A stretch of 64,000 nucleotides of DNA, from contig CAKNPW010000004.1 in assembly GCA_930990555.1 (NCBI GenBank), positions 14,570 through 78,569 on the forward strand, read 5' to 3'. Below, in pieces: positions 25,801-35,706 of the stretch. Position 1 is the stretch's first letter; each line of letters begins with the position of its first letter. A program made the translations under genes and the position numbers. The notes below the pieces were generated by a model. The model saw nothing but the letters and a program-made list of their open reading frames with translations, made no database searches and was not told the DNA's origin. The DNA comes from an uncultured Clostridium sp. GTDB taxonomy: Bacteria > Bacillota > Clostridia > TANB77 > CAG-508.

Positions 25801-26076
25801 AATCTTACCTCCAGAAGCCATTTTTTTATCTGCTTCTTCTTTTATTTTTTTCAATTGTTGTAATTTATCTTGCGTTGTATCTATGCTTTGATTTAATATT
25901 TCTTGTTTCTGACTTAATAGTTCTACATTTTTTGGATCTAATTTTAATAAACTGTTTATTCCTTTAAGCTCTTTACTTAAAGAATTACTTTGACTATTTA
26001 CTTTATTTAATGCTTTTTGTAATTTAGAGGTGTCTCCTCCAATCTCCACAATAATTCCTTTTATATTCCCTGGCAT
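22828..26076 (-). CDS. Tail tape-measure protein
   Basis: About 1080 aa, long coiled-coil and Gly/Ala-rich segments, position after the tail chaperone. Start moved to MPGNIKGII (ATAGGAGGAATT RBS). Confidence 0.85.
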   Translation of the reverse strand: MPGNIKGIIVEIGGDTSKLQKALNKVNSQSNSLSKELKGINSLLKLDPKNVELLSQKQEILNQSIDTTQDKLQQLKKIKEEADKKMASGGKISEENYRNLQREIISTQNKLNGLTDELKQFNAENTQLSKASKKIEEYGNKISKVSDKVNDLGNKASVASGAVVAGGIALANSAMSVEDAVAKYVSSTNTATNETEKYKTVLENINKANYGDGYEDIANSMAAVKMQLKDINDADLENITEKAIALRDLFGYDVSESIRAVKALMDNFNITADESFNLIAEGKKQGLDFSNELLDNVNEYSVQFKKLGLSAEDMFNIFKVGSENGAFNLDKIGDAVKEFSIRAIDGSNTTSDGFKRIGLNADEMAKKFANGGETAKQAFIEVVNRLGKMDDKVSQSVAGVDLFGTMWEDLGPTVISSFSKMDAGISKSSNSMQESIDELYDTTKKKAETQLKRLQSLGADFGEEMLPVLEKIIDKAEDFIDCLENMSDEEKENVAKIALLVAGFGPLTKVVGSSTSAIKGLASILKLFGGTASATAGIIGIGTAAMYAYHLEQTKVTREANSLRMEIEKQSKSFEDLKTQQEAQLESEFAHINTTQSLWNELKKITDENGKIKSGYEERAKVITSTLSEALGKEIDINDNVIQSYKDLQTEIDETIRKKKAQAIINAEQEAYDKAIAERTNAEKQLMELEKKIEDNRNEYAFADYGRRIQLDMDLQSLTKTYQEQKDLVSDYNATIADYEYDFALMTQGSAESLEELMQRNAVTLQTDTSNLETETIKQIGVLTNRLTTYKDLKNKELEAGNEVNAKAYQQQMNADQEQLQLVVNSLKGQITKVEDLTPELVKAYGDIAGYSTDEFNKAVSGLPEDVQKVLNELVWTTSSNTTLAGANATLGDRAAAAFKEKYNSNEGKIASDDYIEGAKNGIKSSSGGFWNLLFNIGSRGNSQFRKGLGDGSPSVLAEKALTDYFAGAEIGADKSGKQILDTLNKYGKEANNEFNKGLNKKTSENELFGSLSNSLLKGINEGNFDSVLKLNRNIIMQGTNIPKNNINNNVYNVNIYTQTLDENKLEQCFKYVNRKFGNIYS

Positions 26077-26084
26077 AATTCCTC

Positions 26085-26663
26085 CTATGATGCTGCAAGT
26101 GCATCCCAATCTTGAGTAGTTGCTATCTTATATTTTGGTTTTCTTAGATTTTTGGCTTTATTCATATTTACTATTAAAAGTTTGCAAATATCTACATATG
26201 ACAATTTTGTCATATCTTCTATGTTAAGTCCTATATTTAAACATTGATTTAGAAATGTATGCTCTTGAAAAATAATAGGTTCATCTTCATTTTTGGAAAC
26301 TTTTATTTTATCTAATTCTTCTTTTACTTCTTGACTATAAAAATTATCAACAAAAAATTCTATTACTTCATTTATTGTTTCTAACTCTATAACTTCATGC
26401 TCATGTTGCTTTTTCCATTTTTCAAAACTATTTATTTCATTTTGATTATTTGTATAAATAAGAATGTAGATTAATCGTAGTATTATATCGACCATATTAT
26501 CTATATCATCTTTATTCCCACTTTGTAATTTGAATTTTATTAGACATCCTTTTATTTTGTCCAAGTCATCAAAAATATTAAGATTAAATACTTTATTATA
26601 AAAAATATAGGTCATTGCATTGCAACAACCTACATATTCTTTATTCTCTATTTTTATAAGCAT
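26085..26663 (-). CDS. Tail assembly chaperone
   Basis: 192-aa acidic ORF between the major tail and tape-measure genes. Assigned by position. Confidence 0.55.
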   Translation of the reverse strand: MLIKIENKEYVGCCNAMTYIFYNKVFNLNIFDDLDKIKGCLIKFKLQSGNKDDIDNMVDIILRLIYILIYTNNQNEINSFEKWKKQHEHEVIELETINEVIEFFVDNFYSQEVKEELDKIKVSKNEDEPIIFQEHTFLNQCLNIGLNIEDMTKLSYVDICKLLIVNMNKAKNLRKPKYKIATTQDWDALAAS

Positions 26664-26666
26664 ATT

Positions 26667-27248
26667 CTATACTCCTGCAACTGCATTCTTTTCATATACC
26701 TTTGTGAAGAAAGTATCATATACATCTTGATTTTCTTCAGAAGGTTCAATGTAAGCTTTAACCATTTTGTCGCTTGTTCTTGGAGACATAGTAATTGTCA
26801 TAGTATCTTCACCAGCTTCTACACTTTCTTCTTGAGTATTGTTTTCTCTACTTGGTCTAGTAGCTGTGCAATCATAAAATACCCATCTTCTAGCCTTTTC
26901 GTCTCCTTTTCCTTCAAACATTAACGCAAATCTTGCTATTTTATCGTCAGCATTTTCAAATACAGCTCCATTTGTATCTTTTGTTTGTCCTAGAATTTGT
27001 GTTAAAAATTCCTCAGGAGTAATTAATAATACTAAATCTCCTTCATAACCTTGGTTTGAGTTTGCTTTAAAATATACAATATTGTCTGCAAATATTTTAG
27101 TTAACTCTCCTTGTGGATCCATATTTAGCCCTCTTGCTCCCTTTACAGGAAATGGTGTTCCATATGTTATGCCTTCCTCAGTTTCTGTTAATAATGCTAC
27201 ATAACATTTTTCTATACCATATAATATTTTATTTTTTGTTTCTGGCAT
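26667..27248 (-). CDS. Major tail protein
   Basis: 193-aa ORF in the canonical position after the head-tail joining genes. Confidence 0.65.
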   Translation of the reverse strand: MPETKNKILYGIEKCYVALLTETEEGITYGTPFPVKGARGLNMDPQGELTKIFADNIVYFKANSNQGYEGDLVLLITPEEFLTQILGQTKDTNGAVFENADDKIARFALMFEGKGDEKARRWVFYDCTATRPSRENNTQEESVEAGEDTMTITMSPRTSDKMVKAYIEPSEENQDVYDTFFTKVYEKNAVAGV

Positions 27249-27259
27249 TTTTATTCCTC

Positions 27260-27577
27260 CTAAATTAAAATTTCAAAAAAATAACTTACTTGCCAGATGT
27301 CTTCATCTTTCAAGTAAGTTTCTTCTGTTTTATTCCACGGAATATCCGCTAAAATGATATCTTCTAATTTGTTTTGTTCTTCTATATTCTTGTCTATATA
27401 TGTATAATCTAATTTTATTGGCAGTCTCTTCTTATAAACTTTATTGTCTGCCATGAAGTTGTCTGTATCAGTTGTTATTGCAACTAAGTGTGGGGGCTGT
27501 GTAGATTTTTTAAATCTTCCATATGCATATTTAAAGCCTTGTTCTATACATCTTTGCTTTAATTCTTCTAATGTCAT
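27260..27577 (-). CDS. Tail completion / head-tail joining protein
   Basis: 105-aa ORF. Position only. Confidence 0.5.
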   Translation of the reverse strand: MTLEELKQRCIEQGFKYAYGRFKKSTQPPHLVAITTDTDNFMADNKVYKKRLPIKLDYTYIDKNIEEQNKLEDIILADIPWNKTEETYLKDEDIWQVSYFFEILI

Positions 27578-27963
27578 TTTAAGCCTCCTATATCTTTTCT
27601 TAATTTGTCTTCAAACTTTTTTCCATATTCTTCTTCAATTGGTCTTATGTGTGGTTGTGCTTCTGTATGTCCTCCATCTGCTGTAGTATGTCCAAACTCT
27701 AGTATATGAGTAAGTTGGTAATGTTCTTTGTTGTATAATTTAACCGAGTACATATTTTTCACTTTTTTTATTTTTTTAATTTTCCAGCCTTTAGAATACT
27801 CTCCTGTTGAGCCTTTTGGAGACTCTTGCTTTATTGCAACTAAGGCTTCTTTTGCTACTTCATTTGCGTCTTTTTCTACAATATCTGATATATCATCTGC
27901 ATATCCTTCTAATGCTTTCATTATTTCTTTGCTTAACATTTCTCCAGATATGCTTTTAGACAT
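27574..27963 (-). CDS. HK97 gp10-family head-tail joining protein
   Basis: 129-aa ORF. EFGHTTADGGHTEAQPHIRP-type motif and position. Confidence 0.6.
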   Translation of the reverse strand: MSKSISGEMLSKEIMKALEGYADDISDIVEKDANEVAKEALVAIKQESPKGSTGEYSKGWKIKKIKKVKNMYSVKLYNKEHYQLTHILEFGHTTADGGHTEAQPHIRPIEEEYGKKFEDKLRKDIGGLK

Positions 27964-28270
27964 TTTTTATCTTCCTTTCACAAATCAAAGTTACTTCATC
28001 TGCGTAAGGTTCTGTTGCTCTTATGATAGTGTAGATAATTCCCATATATTTGAGTTCTTGCTGTCCTTCGTAATTTAAAGCACTTATTTTTAATCTTAAG
28101 GTTGGTTTGTATCCAGATTGGTTGGCTACATAATATTCTTTAGCATATATTTCTTCATTCTTTATAATTGGTACAGGGCTTTCTTTTGTTATTTCTTTTT
28201 CTACACCTATTTCATCTTGTACAATTTCTTTAGATAGTAAAATACATTCAACATCATGCATCTTTATCAA
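27956..28270 (-). CDS. Head closure / head-tail adaptor protein
   Basis: 104-aa ORF. Position after the connector. Confidence 0.55.
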   Translation of the reverse strand: MIKMHDVECILLSKEIVQDEIGVEKEITKESPVPIIKNEEIYAKEYYVANQSGYKPTLRLKISALNYEGQQELKYMGIIYTIIRATEPYADEVTLICERKIKNV

Positions 28271-28547
28271 CCACCTTATAGTCTATCGATAAACCTAAAT
28301 TAGCACAGAGATAGTTATATACTTTCTGTGCAGACTCTTTGTCTTTAATGTCTACATTGCCAAAATTAGCCTTTACAAACATAATAATAGCAGAATCTAT
28401 TAAGCTGTTATCTTTTTTAATGTTGATACCTTGCCTTTCTAGATCTGCTATTCCTGCATTTATCCACATTTTTATTTCTTCATCTTTAGCTGTTGCAGTT
28501 TCAACTAGGCTTAAAGATTGTTTTGCTAGTTTTAGTAGTTTGTCCAT
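28254..28547 (-). CDS. gp6-like head-tail connector protein
   Basis: 97-aa ORF. Position and size. Confidence 0.55.
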   Translation of the reverse strand: MDKLLKLAKQSLSLVETATAKDEEIKMWINAGIADLERQGINIKKDNSLIDSAIIMFVKANFGNVDIKDKESAQKVYNYLCANLGLSIDYKVVDKDA

Positions 28548-28558
28548 TTATTTTTCTC

Positions 28559-28990
<432 letters not shown>

Positions 28991-29001
28991 TTAGTTTCCT
29001 C

Positions 29002-30216
29002 CTATTCTGCTTTTTGGCTATATGCAAAATAATCTGGTCTTGCTACACCATCATATATTGCATATCCTCCATAAACGATTCTTCTTGGTTTTATCTTTGT
29101 TTCTTTATCTACTCTAACTGGTGTAACTTCGTTTAATATGTAGTTTCTCATGTTTCCAGAGATTATGTCATCATCTTTTAAGTATGGGTCTACTTCAACA
29201 GGAGTTAATTTATTTGTTGCAAGACCTTGTAAGAATGGATAATTTCCATTGTTATCTTTGTATCCACAAATATCTATATTTACATTTGTAGAAATATATG
29301 TTTTTGCTCCTCTTCTAGCCTCTGTTGATAAAGATTTGTATGCAGCAATTATTCTATCTATTGGTGTTTCTCCTTCTTTTATTGGTGTTAAATCTTTTGT
29401 GATCCCTTTTGGTTTATTTACTCCATCTCCATAGATAATAGCATTTACTAAAGCTATACCCATTTTTGCTGCTAATTCTTCAACAATAAATGGAATAAAG
29501 CTATCTACTGCCATTTGTTCTAATTTCCATGTAATTTCAACATCTTTAGCTAGTTCCCAGCCAGTTAATTGTAAGTTACCATATTTTTGTCCTTCATTTT
29601 TTGTTTCTTTAAGCTCTGTATACCATTCAGCATCATCAGCTTCATCTAAATATGGTAATTCAATATTTCCTGCTACATTTAATTTTCTTACATCTCTATA
29701 AATTGGGCTTGAATCTGTTATAATTTCCATAATGTCACTTCTTACAGATTTTGGAATAAATAGTCCACCATTGTTAATTCCTTGTGTTTCAGCAGCAGAA
29801 GCAACAAATTCTGTATCAGTTGTTGTGATTGCATCTCCTAATGCTCTCTTTTCTTCTTCTGTAAAATCTTTTTCTGGTCTTCCCATTAATTTTTTAGCCC
29901 ATGCTGTTCTATATTCTGAACTTTCTAAAACTTGTGCTAATGTTCTTTTTTGTTCTTTTTCCATTGGTTCTCCATCCTCTCTAACTTTTAGACTTCTTTT
30001 TTCTAAATTTTCAGTATCTTTTTTTAATTGACTTAATGTACTTTTTGTTAGTAACTGTCTTTCTTCTTCTTTTGTGATATCTTCTTTTTGTTTTTCTTCG
30101 ATTTCTTCTAGTTTTTTAGCCTCTTTTTCAATTTCGTTTATTTCTTCTTCTGTTTTGGCTTCATTTAATAATTGTCTTAATTCTTCTTTTCTTTTTAGTA
30201 TTTCTTCTTTGCTCAT
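29002..30216 (-). CDS. Major capsid protein, HK97 fold, with N-terminal delta/scaffold domain
   Basis: 404 aa. Highly charged coiled-coil N-terminus (about 100 aa). Follows the prohead protease. Confidence 0.8.
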   Translation of the reverse strand: MSKEEILKRKEELRQLLNEAKTEEEINEIEKEAKKLEEIEEKQKEDITKEEERQLLTKSTLSQLKKDTENLEKRSLKVREDGEPMEKEQKRTLAQVLESSEYRTAWAKKLMGRPEKDFTEEEKRALGDAITTTDTEFVASAAETQGINNGGLFIPKSVRSDIMEIITDSSPIYRDVRKLNVAGNIELPYLDEADDAEWYTELKETKNEGQKYGNLQLTGWELAKDVEITWKLEQMAVDSFIPFIVEELAAKMGIALVNAIIYGDGVNKPKGITKDLTPIKEGETPIDRIIAAYKSLSTEARRGAKTYISTNVNIDICGYKDNNGNYPFLQGLATNKLTPVEVDPYLKDDDIISGNMRNYILNEVTPVRVDKETKIKPRRIVYGGYAIYDGVARPDYFAYSQKAE

Positions 30217-30323
30217 AACTTCCTCCTAAAATAAAAAATGACAGCTCTCCAGCTGTTTTATATAAAATCCTATCTTCCTCTCCAGTCAGAAAAAGCTAGC
30301 TCTCCAGCTAGCCTCTTTCGGTA

Positions 30324-30905
30324 TTATAAACTTAGTAAAACTTTTAATTTTCTTTTCTTAATTTCTAATTCTTTAGATTTATCCATATTTTCTAAAGATT
30401 TTAAATTTCTTGCATACACTTCTGTAGAATCGTACGCAGGAATATCTACAACAGATACATCTGTTAATGCTGTAATTCTATTAACAGTTATTGTTCTACT
30501 TTCTGCATCATAAGAGTTCATATCTTCATCAGCAAAAAATCCAAAGCTCATCTTATCTATTAATTTGCTTTTTACTGCTTCATAAACAGATACATGATCT
30601 GGTATATTTCTATTTAAAACTGCTAGTACTTTTAATCCTATTTCATCTTTAATAAGATTTAATGTACCTCCTCTTGTTCTTGCTAATATTACCTTTCCAT
30701 CAGAATGATTGTATTTAAGTGGTACATCAGACAAATCAGTGTCATCTAATGCTCTAGGGCTTATTATTTCTGTATATCCATATAATTCTTTAAATTTTGG
30801 CTGTGTTGGTTGATTAAATTTAATTGCGTAGCCTTCTAATATCATTTGCTTATTATCATCTTCTAATGCACGTAAATTAGCTAAACCATAATATTTATTT
30901 TCCAT
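30324..30905 (-). CDS. HK97-family prohead protease
   Basis: 193-aa ORF between the portal and capsid genes. Size and position typical. Confidence 0.75.
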   Translation of the reverse strand: MENKYYGLANLRALEDDNKQMILEGYAIKFNQPTQPKFKELYGYTEIISPRALDDTDLSDVPLKYNHSDGKVILARTRGGTLNLIKDEIGLKVLAVLNRNIPDHVSVYEAVKSKLIDKMSFGFFADEDMNSYDAESRTITVNRITALTDVSVVDIPAYDSTEVYARNLKSLENMDKSKELEIKKRKLKVLLSL

Positions 30906-32103
30906 TGTTTTTTCCTCCTTGGTATTCGTTAGCTATTTCTTTATCTATATTGTTTAGAGATTGTACTATTCTTTCTCCTTCTTCTCCTCCAAGAGGTGCA
31001 AAGTCTAATACCTCTCTAATTTCATCTGTCTTAATTACACCTGCTGGTATTACAACTTTTAATAAGTTTGTCTTATCTGTCAAACTTGCATATTGTAATC
31101 TATTTGCAGTAAATACTATTTTATTTCCTCTTTTTATGCTTTCTTTATTAAATATTTTAATAGTGAAAACATTGCTTAATTGCATTGCAAGTGGTTCAAT
31201 TACACCTTCGTAGAAAGCATTCCATTGTTCGAAAGTATAATCGTTTCTTATTATGCTTTCAGAAATTCCATAATAATCAAAAATGTTGTAATTAACTTGC
31301 TTTAGCTGTTCACTATCTAGTGTAATTGGTTGCATATTTATTTCTTGAAATTCTGCTTTAGAGTCCATTGCAGCAATTCCACTTTCGTTTTCTAGATTTA
31401 AGAAATCTCTAACAAAAGCATTTTTACTTTCTTCTATATCTTTTTGTTTTAATACAGCATTATATTTTAATATTCCTTTTAAATTAGCAGTAGTCTTTAT
31501 CGCATTACTTATCCCTTCGTTTGCAGTATGTGCTGTTTCTAAATCAGTTTGTAATACTTTATTGTTTGTTCCAAAAATATCATGCTTATTATAAAATTTT
31601 CTTAAATGTATTAAGTCTGTATATAATAAAAAATATTCTTGTCCATTGATAAATTTGAATTTTAGAAATAGATTACCTGTAGCATCTTCAAATAAGAAAT
31701 AGTTTTGTGCTAAAATTGGATAAAATCCTGTTATAAAATCTGTTTCATCTCTAGCCATATAAACAAAAGCATTGTTATCGTTCTCTAAAATTGAAACAGT
31801 TTTGTAAATAAAATTGTAAGTATCCATTAAAGGATTTGGTTGTACACTTAGTAAATAATTAATATCTCCTTTAATGTTGTTGCTTATGCTTCCTTTTATA
31901 TGTTTTGGTATAAGTTTAGCAGCATGAGTAGCAATTCTATCAATACATTGTCTAGCACATTTACTGTCATATGTATCACCACTCAATGTAGTGAATTGTG
32001 CTTCATAACTATTCAGCATTTTATATTGTGGTTGTATCATGTCTTGTTTTTGTTCTTTTATATTAAAGATAAGCTCAAATAAGCTTCTTCTTTTTTTCTT
32101 CAT
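30895..32103 (-). CDS. Portal protein
   Basis: 402-aa ORF directly after the large terminase. Confidence 0.8.
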   Translation of the reverse strand: MKKKRRSLFELIFNIKEQKQDMIQPQYKMLNSYEAQFTTLSGDTYDSKCARQCIDRIATHAAKLIPKHIKGSISNNIKGDINYLLSVQPNPLMDTYNFIYKTVSILENDNNAFVYMARDETDFITGFYPILAQNYFLFEDATGNLFLKFKFINGQEYFLLYTDLIHLRKFYNKHDIFGTNNKVLQTDLETAHTANEGISNAIKTTANLKGILKYNAVLKQKDIEESKNAFVRDFLNLENESGIAAMDSKAEFQEINMQPITLDSEQLKQVNYNIFDYYGISESIIRNDYTFEQWNAFYEGVIEPLAMQLSNVFTIKIFNKESIKRGNKIVFTANRLQYASLTDKTNLLKVVIPAGVIKTDEIREVLDFAPLGGEEGERIVQSLNNIDKEIANEYQGGKNNGK

Positions 32104-32104
32104 A

Positions 32105-33808
32105 TTATTCCTCCTGTAAAACTAAATAGTCATTCATTTTTTCATATAAAACGCAGTAAGCTATTATTAAACTTACTGTACCATCAATCCTTTGTCTTTG
32201 TTTTTGTCCTTTGACAGGTCTTATATTGTCGTTTTCATCTCTTTTTACTGCTGTATTACATAAGCACCATTTCAAAATCGGATTGTTATTATAATTTACT
32301 TTCTTTTCTATTAAATCTGCTTCAAGCTGTTTCATAGGATTACTCATCGTCTTTGCTCCTTGTCTAACTTCAAACATTTCGAATCCATAATTTTTCATTT
32401 CTTCAACCCAATATTGAGTATTCCATGGATCATATCCAATCCACATTGCTGATATCTTATATTCTTCATTCATTCTCAAAAACCATTGTGTTACATCAGT
32501 ATAATTTACTTTAGCACCTTCACATATTGTTACTAGACCTCTTTTCTCCCATTTATCGTATGGGATTTTGTCGTCTTTTATTTTAAATTCTAATCTTTCG
32601 CTTGGAATAAAATATTGTTGTATTACATATTTCTTGTTATGCTTTACAATTAATAAAGTTGCACATGTCAAATCTGTAGTGCTTGATAAGTCAACTCCTC
32701 CAATTGCATAAGTATCAAATAATTCCTCTATTTTATAAGTTTCTTCATTATTCGCAATATCGAATGTTATCCATTTGTCTTGGTCGTTTTGTCTGATATT
32801 AAAATCTTTGCATAACAAATTTGTTAATTCACTAGGATTATTTTTAGCTCTATTTACTTTATCTCGTAAGTCCTTAATATTCTTAATTGTTCCAAGACCA
32901 GGATTCGCCTGATACCAAGCTAGCTCGTTTTGCCAATCATTTGGATTATTTAATTCATAAATAACTGGCAATATTGTTTCGTCTACAATATCGCTTTTTC
33001 CTTCATATCCATTTATAACTTCTGTACAATACTCATATTCATTATCGAAAACACTTTCTCTAATTTGTCCCATTGTAGAAGTTTCCAAAAATAATGGTTC
33101 TTCTCTTGCAGACATTGAATCATACATAACATCTAGCAAGTTTTTATCTTTCCAAGCGTGAATTTCATCTCCAATTACAAAAAAAGCATTTAATCCATCT
33201 AGTGAATTAGAATCACTAGCTAATGCTTTAAAGAAACTTTCAGTTGCATCATAAAAAAGCCCATTTACTAGCGTTCTTATTCTTTTAGCTAGCACTGGGC
33301 TTTTCTTTATCATTCTTTTAGCTTCTTCCCAAACAACTTTTGCTTGGTCTTTCTTGGTAGCTACAGAATATATTTCTGCTCCACCTTCTCCAGCAGAAGT
33401 AAGCATATAAGTTCCTAATCCTGCGTCTATAGTAGATTTTCCATTTTTTCTTCCTACAAATAAAATTCCTTTTTTGTACTTTCTTAGACCAGTTTCTTTA
33501 TCTACAAATCCAAATAATGCTTGAATAAATGCTTTTTGCCACAATTCTAATATAACAGGCTTTCCTGCCCATTTTCCTTTAGAATGTTTACAGAATTTTT
33601 CGATGAAATTAATTGGTCTATTAGCTTTATTAATATCAAATACATAAGTATGTGTTTCTTCTTCCTCTGTTATTTCATTAAAAAAAGAAACTTGTTTAGG
33701 ATTGTATAAATCTTGTACAAGTTTCTTATATACTGCTAAAACTTTGTTAGAAGCTTTAATTGGATTTTTTAATAAAAATTGATAGTATTCTTCTGTATAT
33801 GTAATCAT
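32105..33808 (-). CDS. Terminase large subunit
   Basis: 567 aa. Walker A VGRKNGKST. ATGA overlap with the small subunit. Confidence 0.85.
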   Translation of the reverse strand: MITYTEEYYQFLLKNPIKASNKVLAVYKKLVQDLYNPKQVSFFNEITEEEETHTYVFDINKANRPINFIEKFCKHSKGKWAGKPVILELWQKAFIQALFGFVDKETGLRKYKKGILFVGRKNGKSTIDAGLGTYMLTSAGEGGAEIYSVATKKDQAKVVWEEAKRMIKKSPVLAKRIRTLVNGLFYDATESFFKALASDSNSLDGLNAFFVIGDEIHAWKDKNLLDVMYDSMSAREEPLFLETSTMGQIRESVFDNEYEYCTEVINGYEGKSDIVDETILPVIYELNNPNDWQNELAWYQANPGLGTIKNIKDLRDKVNRAKNNPSELTNLLCKDFNIRQNDQDKWITFDIANNEETYKIEELFDTYAIGGVDLSSTTDLTCATLLIVKHNKKYVIQQYFIPSERLEFKIKDDKIPYDKWEKRGLVTICEGAKVNYTDVTQWFLRMNEEYKISAMWIGYDPWNTQYWVEEMKNYGFEMFEVRQGAKTMSNPMKQLEADLIEKKVNYNNNPILKWCLCNTAVKRDENDNIRPVKGQKQRQRIDGTVSLIIAYCVLYEKMNDYLVLQEE

Positions 33809-34221
33809 GTTAAATCATTGAATCTTTCAAATTCATCATCCTCGCTAATTTGTTTTTCCTCTGGAAGCATATCATTTAGTTGTTTTATAATGTTCATATA
33901 ATTTTTTATGCTTACATTATATGTTTTAGATGCTACGCTTTCTTTGTATCCAAATTGTCCTTTTCCATTCATGTAAAACTCTTTAATGCCGTTTTCTTTT
34001 ATATCTTCTTGCATTAATCTTAATTGGACAGCTATAAAGGCTGCATTTTCTATAATTTTCTCTGCTAGCTTCTTTTGGTTTTCTGGTAAGTCTTTGTATA
34101 ATTTCTTTAATCTATTTTTTTCTTTGTTTATTTCTTTTTTTATTTGTTCTCTTTGCTCTTCTGATATTTCTTCCTTTTGAGCATCTTCGAGTGCTCTTTT
34201 TACTGCATCATCTTCGTTCAT
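33805..34221 (-). CDS. Terminase small subunit (P27-family-like)
   Basis: 138-aa charged helical protein immediately upstream of the large terminase. Confidence 0.65.
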   Translation of the reverse strand: MNEDDAVKRALEDAQKEEISEEQREQIKKEINKEKNRLKKLYKDLPENQKKLAEKIIENAAFIAVQLRLMQEDIKENGIKEFYMNGKGQFGYKESVASKTYNVSIKNYMNIIKQLNDMLPEEKQISEDDEFERFNDLT

Positions 34222-34314
34222 CTACCACACCCCTCACGCGAAAGAACTTGTGTATTTTTTGAATGCCCACCCACCGTTCTCCCATAGGCATTGATTTTGT
34301 AAGGTTATGGGGGG
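34222..34314. other. Putative cos / packaging-recognition region
   Basis: 93-bp non-coding gap just upstream of terS that is strikingly GC-rich for this genome (CCACACCCCTCACGCG ... GCCCACCCACCG ... ATGGGGGGC). The HNH endonuclease gene lies nearby. Confidence 0.4.
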
Positions 34315-34725
34315 CTATTTTGCTATAATCGTTTCCATTTTCTTCCTATATTCTTCTAATTCTTTGATAGAATTATTTATTAAATTAATTTTTTTATTTA
34401 TTTCTTTTTTATTTTTATCTGTAAGTTTAAAGTTACTTATCTCATTTATTAATGTCTTGTCTTCTATATGGTACTCCTGACTATTGTTCTCTTTGTATAC
34501 TCTAAACAAATCTTGAATCTTATCTTGATTGTTTATTTCCTCTATCTCTTCTTTAGTCTTATGAGTATTAACAATAATAAACTTAGAAGAACGTATTGTA
34601 CTATATTCCTTTTGTTCTTGTAACAGTTTAATATATTCTTCTAAATCTATTCTATCTTTATCTGTTAAGCTTTGAAGTATATCTATCGTATATACTTCAT
34701 TATTTATGGTTCTTTGTTCAATCAT
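34315..34725 (-). CDS. Hypothetical phage protein
   Basis: 136-aa ORF, same strand, overlapping junction with its neighbour. Confidence 0.55.
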   Translation of the reverse strand: MIEQRTINNEVYTIDILQSLTDKDRIDLEEYIKLLQEQKEYSTIRSSKFIIVNTHKTKEEIEEINNQDKIQDLFRVYKENNSQEYHIEDKTLINEISNFKLTDKNKKEINKKINLINNSIKELEEYRKKMETIIAK

Positions 34726-34996
34726 ATTCTTTATCTTCCTTCAATGCCTTCTCTAATTTAAAAGCTCTATTTATTATTACACATTTACATCCTAGTTTAT
34801 TTTCTAGTAATAATTCTATATCAGAAACATCACATTGTTTTAACATAGCTTCTGTTGAAAATAGTAAAGTAATATTGTTATCTATTTCTATAATATTACT
34901 TAAACTAAACCTGTCATCTATTTCTTTTATCTCTTTTAATAATTCTTTAATTTTCTCTAATCTTTCTATATCTTTATCTGAAAATAGACTAGCCAT
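34718..34996 (-). CDS. Hypothetical phage protein
   Basis: 92-aa ORF. Confidence 0.55.
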   Translation of the reverse strand: MASLFSDKDIERLEKIKELLKEIKEIDDRFSLSNIIEIDNNITLLFSTEAMLKQCDVSDIELLLENKLGCKCVIINRAFKLEKALKEDKEYD

Positions 34997-35195
34997 ATTT
35001 ATACGTTCCTCTCATTTTATTTATTATTTTCTTTATAAAGTTCAATGGTGTTTTCTTTGCATATTTATATTTATTCGTATGTTTGCAACCATATCCATCT
35101 TCATAGCAGTATGCACAACATGTCTTTGGACATTCTTTATTCTTTATATGATTGCAACTATAAGTTAATTTTGCATTTATATATTCTTTATTCAT
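34989..35195 (-). CDS. Small Cys-rich phage protein
   Basis: 68 aa with 8 Cys (CNHIKNKECPKTCCAYCYEDGYGC). Confidence 0.5.
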   Translation of the reverse strand: MNKEYINAKLTYSCNHIKNKECPKTCCAYCYEDGYGCKHTNKYKYAKKTPLNFIKKIINKMRGTYKYG

Positions 35196-35493
35196 TCTTC
35201 ATTAAATCTCCATTTTCATCAAACTTGTACTCTACTTTGTCTGCAAAGTGTTCTTCATTGTGACACTTTTTACATAAGGACTCTAGATTATTTATATTGA
35301 AAAATATATTGTCATCTTCATAATTCTGTTCTGTTATATATTCTTTGTGATGTACAAAATAAGCAGGAACATATATTTCTTTCTTTTCACATCTTTCACA
35401 TATAGGATTTTGTATTAGTTTCTGCCTTCTTAACTTCTGCCATCTTTTACTTTTGTATTTTTTTGCAATTAATGGATTATCTCTTTCTGCCAT
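35188..35493 (-). CDS. HNH endonuclease (packaging-associated)
   Basis: 101 aa. CERCEKK...HHKEY...NLESLCKKCHNEEH HNH/zinc motif. Upstream of the terminase genes, as in HK97-like cos phages. Confidence 0.8.
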   Translation of the reverse strand: MAERDNPLIAKKYKSKRWQKLRRQKLIQNPICERCEKKEIYVPAYFVHHKEYITEQNYEDDNIFFNINNLESLCKKCHNEEHFADKVEYKFDENGDLMKNE

Positions 35494-35495
35494 AA

Positions 35496-35705
35496 CTATT
35501 CCTTCATTGTATTTTCTTTTTCTACTTTCTTTGTTGCTGTCTCTTTCTTTTCTACTACTTCAACTGCATATGGCTCTCCATTATTTCTTCTAGCTTTTAA
35601 TATTTCCTCTGCTCTTTTATTATTAAATTGTTTTACTTGTCCTTCTTTGTATTCTTCTCTTGTATATTTATCTGGAACATTTACTAAAAATTTTATTTTT
35701 TTCAT
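35496..35705 (-). CDS. Hypothetical phage protein
   Basis: 69-aa basic ORF. Confidence 0.5.
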   Translation of the reverse strand: MKKIKFLVNVPDKYTREEYKEGQVKQFNNKRAEEILKARRNNGEPYAVEVVEKKETATKKVEKENTMKE

Positions 35706-35706
35706 T

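Noticed and set aside
26085-26663. Programmed -1 frameshift (gpG/gpGT type) in the tail chaperone gene.
   Set aside because: There is a single 192-aa ORF ending just before the tape-measure start. I could not identify a slippery heptamer with an overlapping extension frame, so no frameshift product is claimed.
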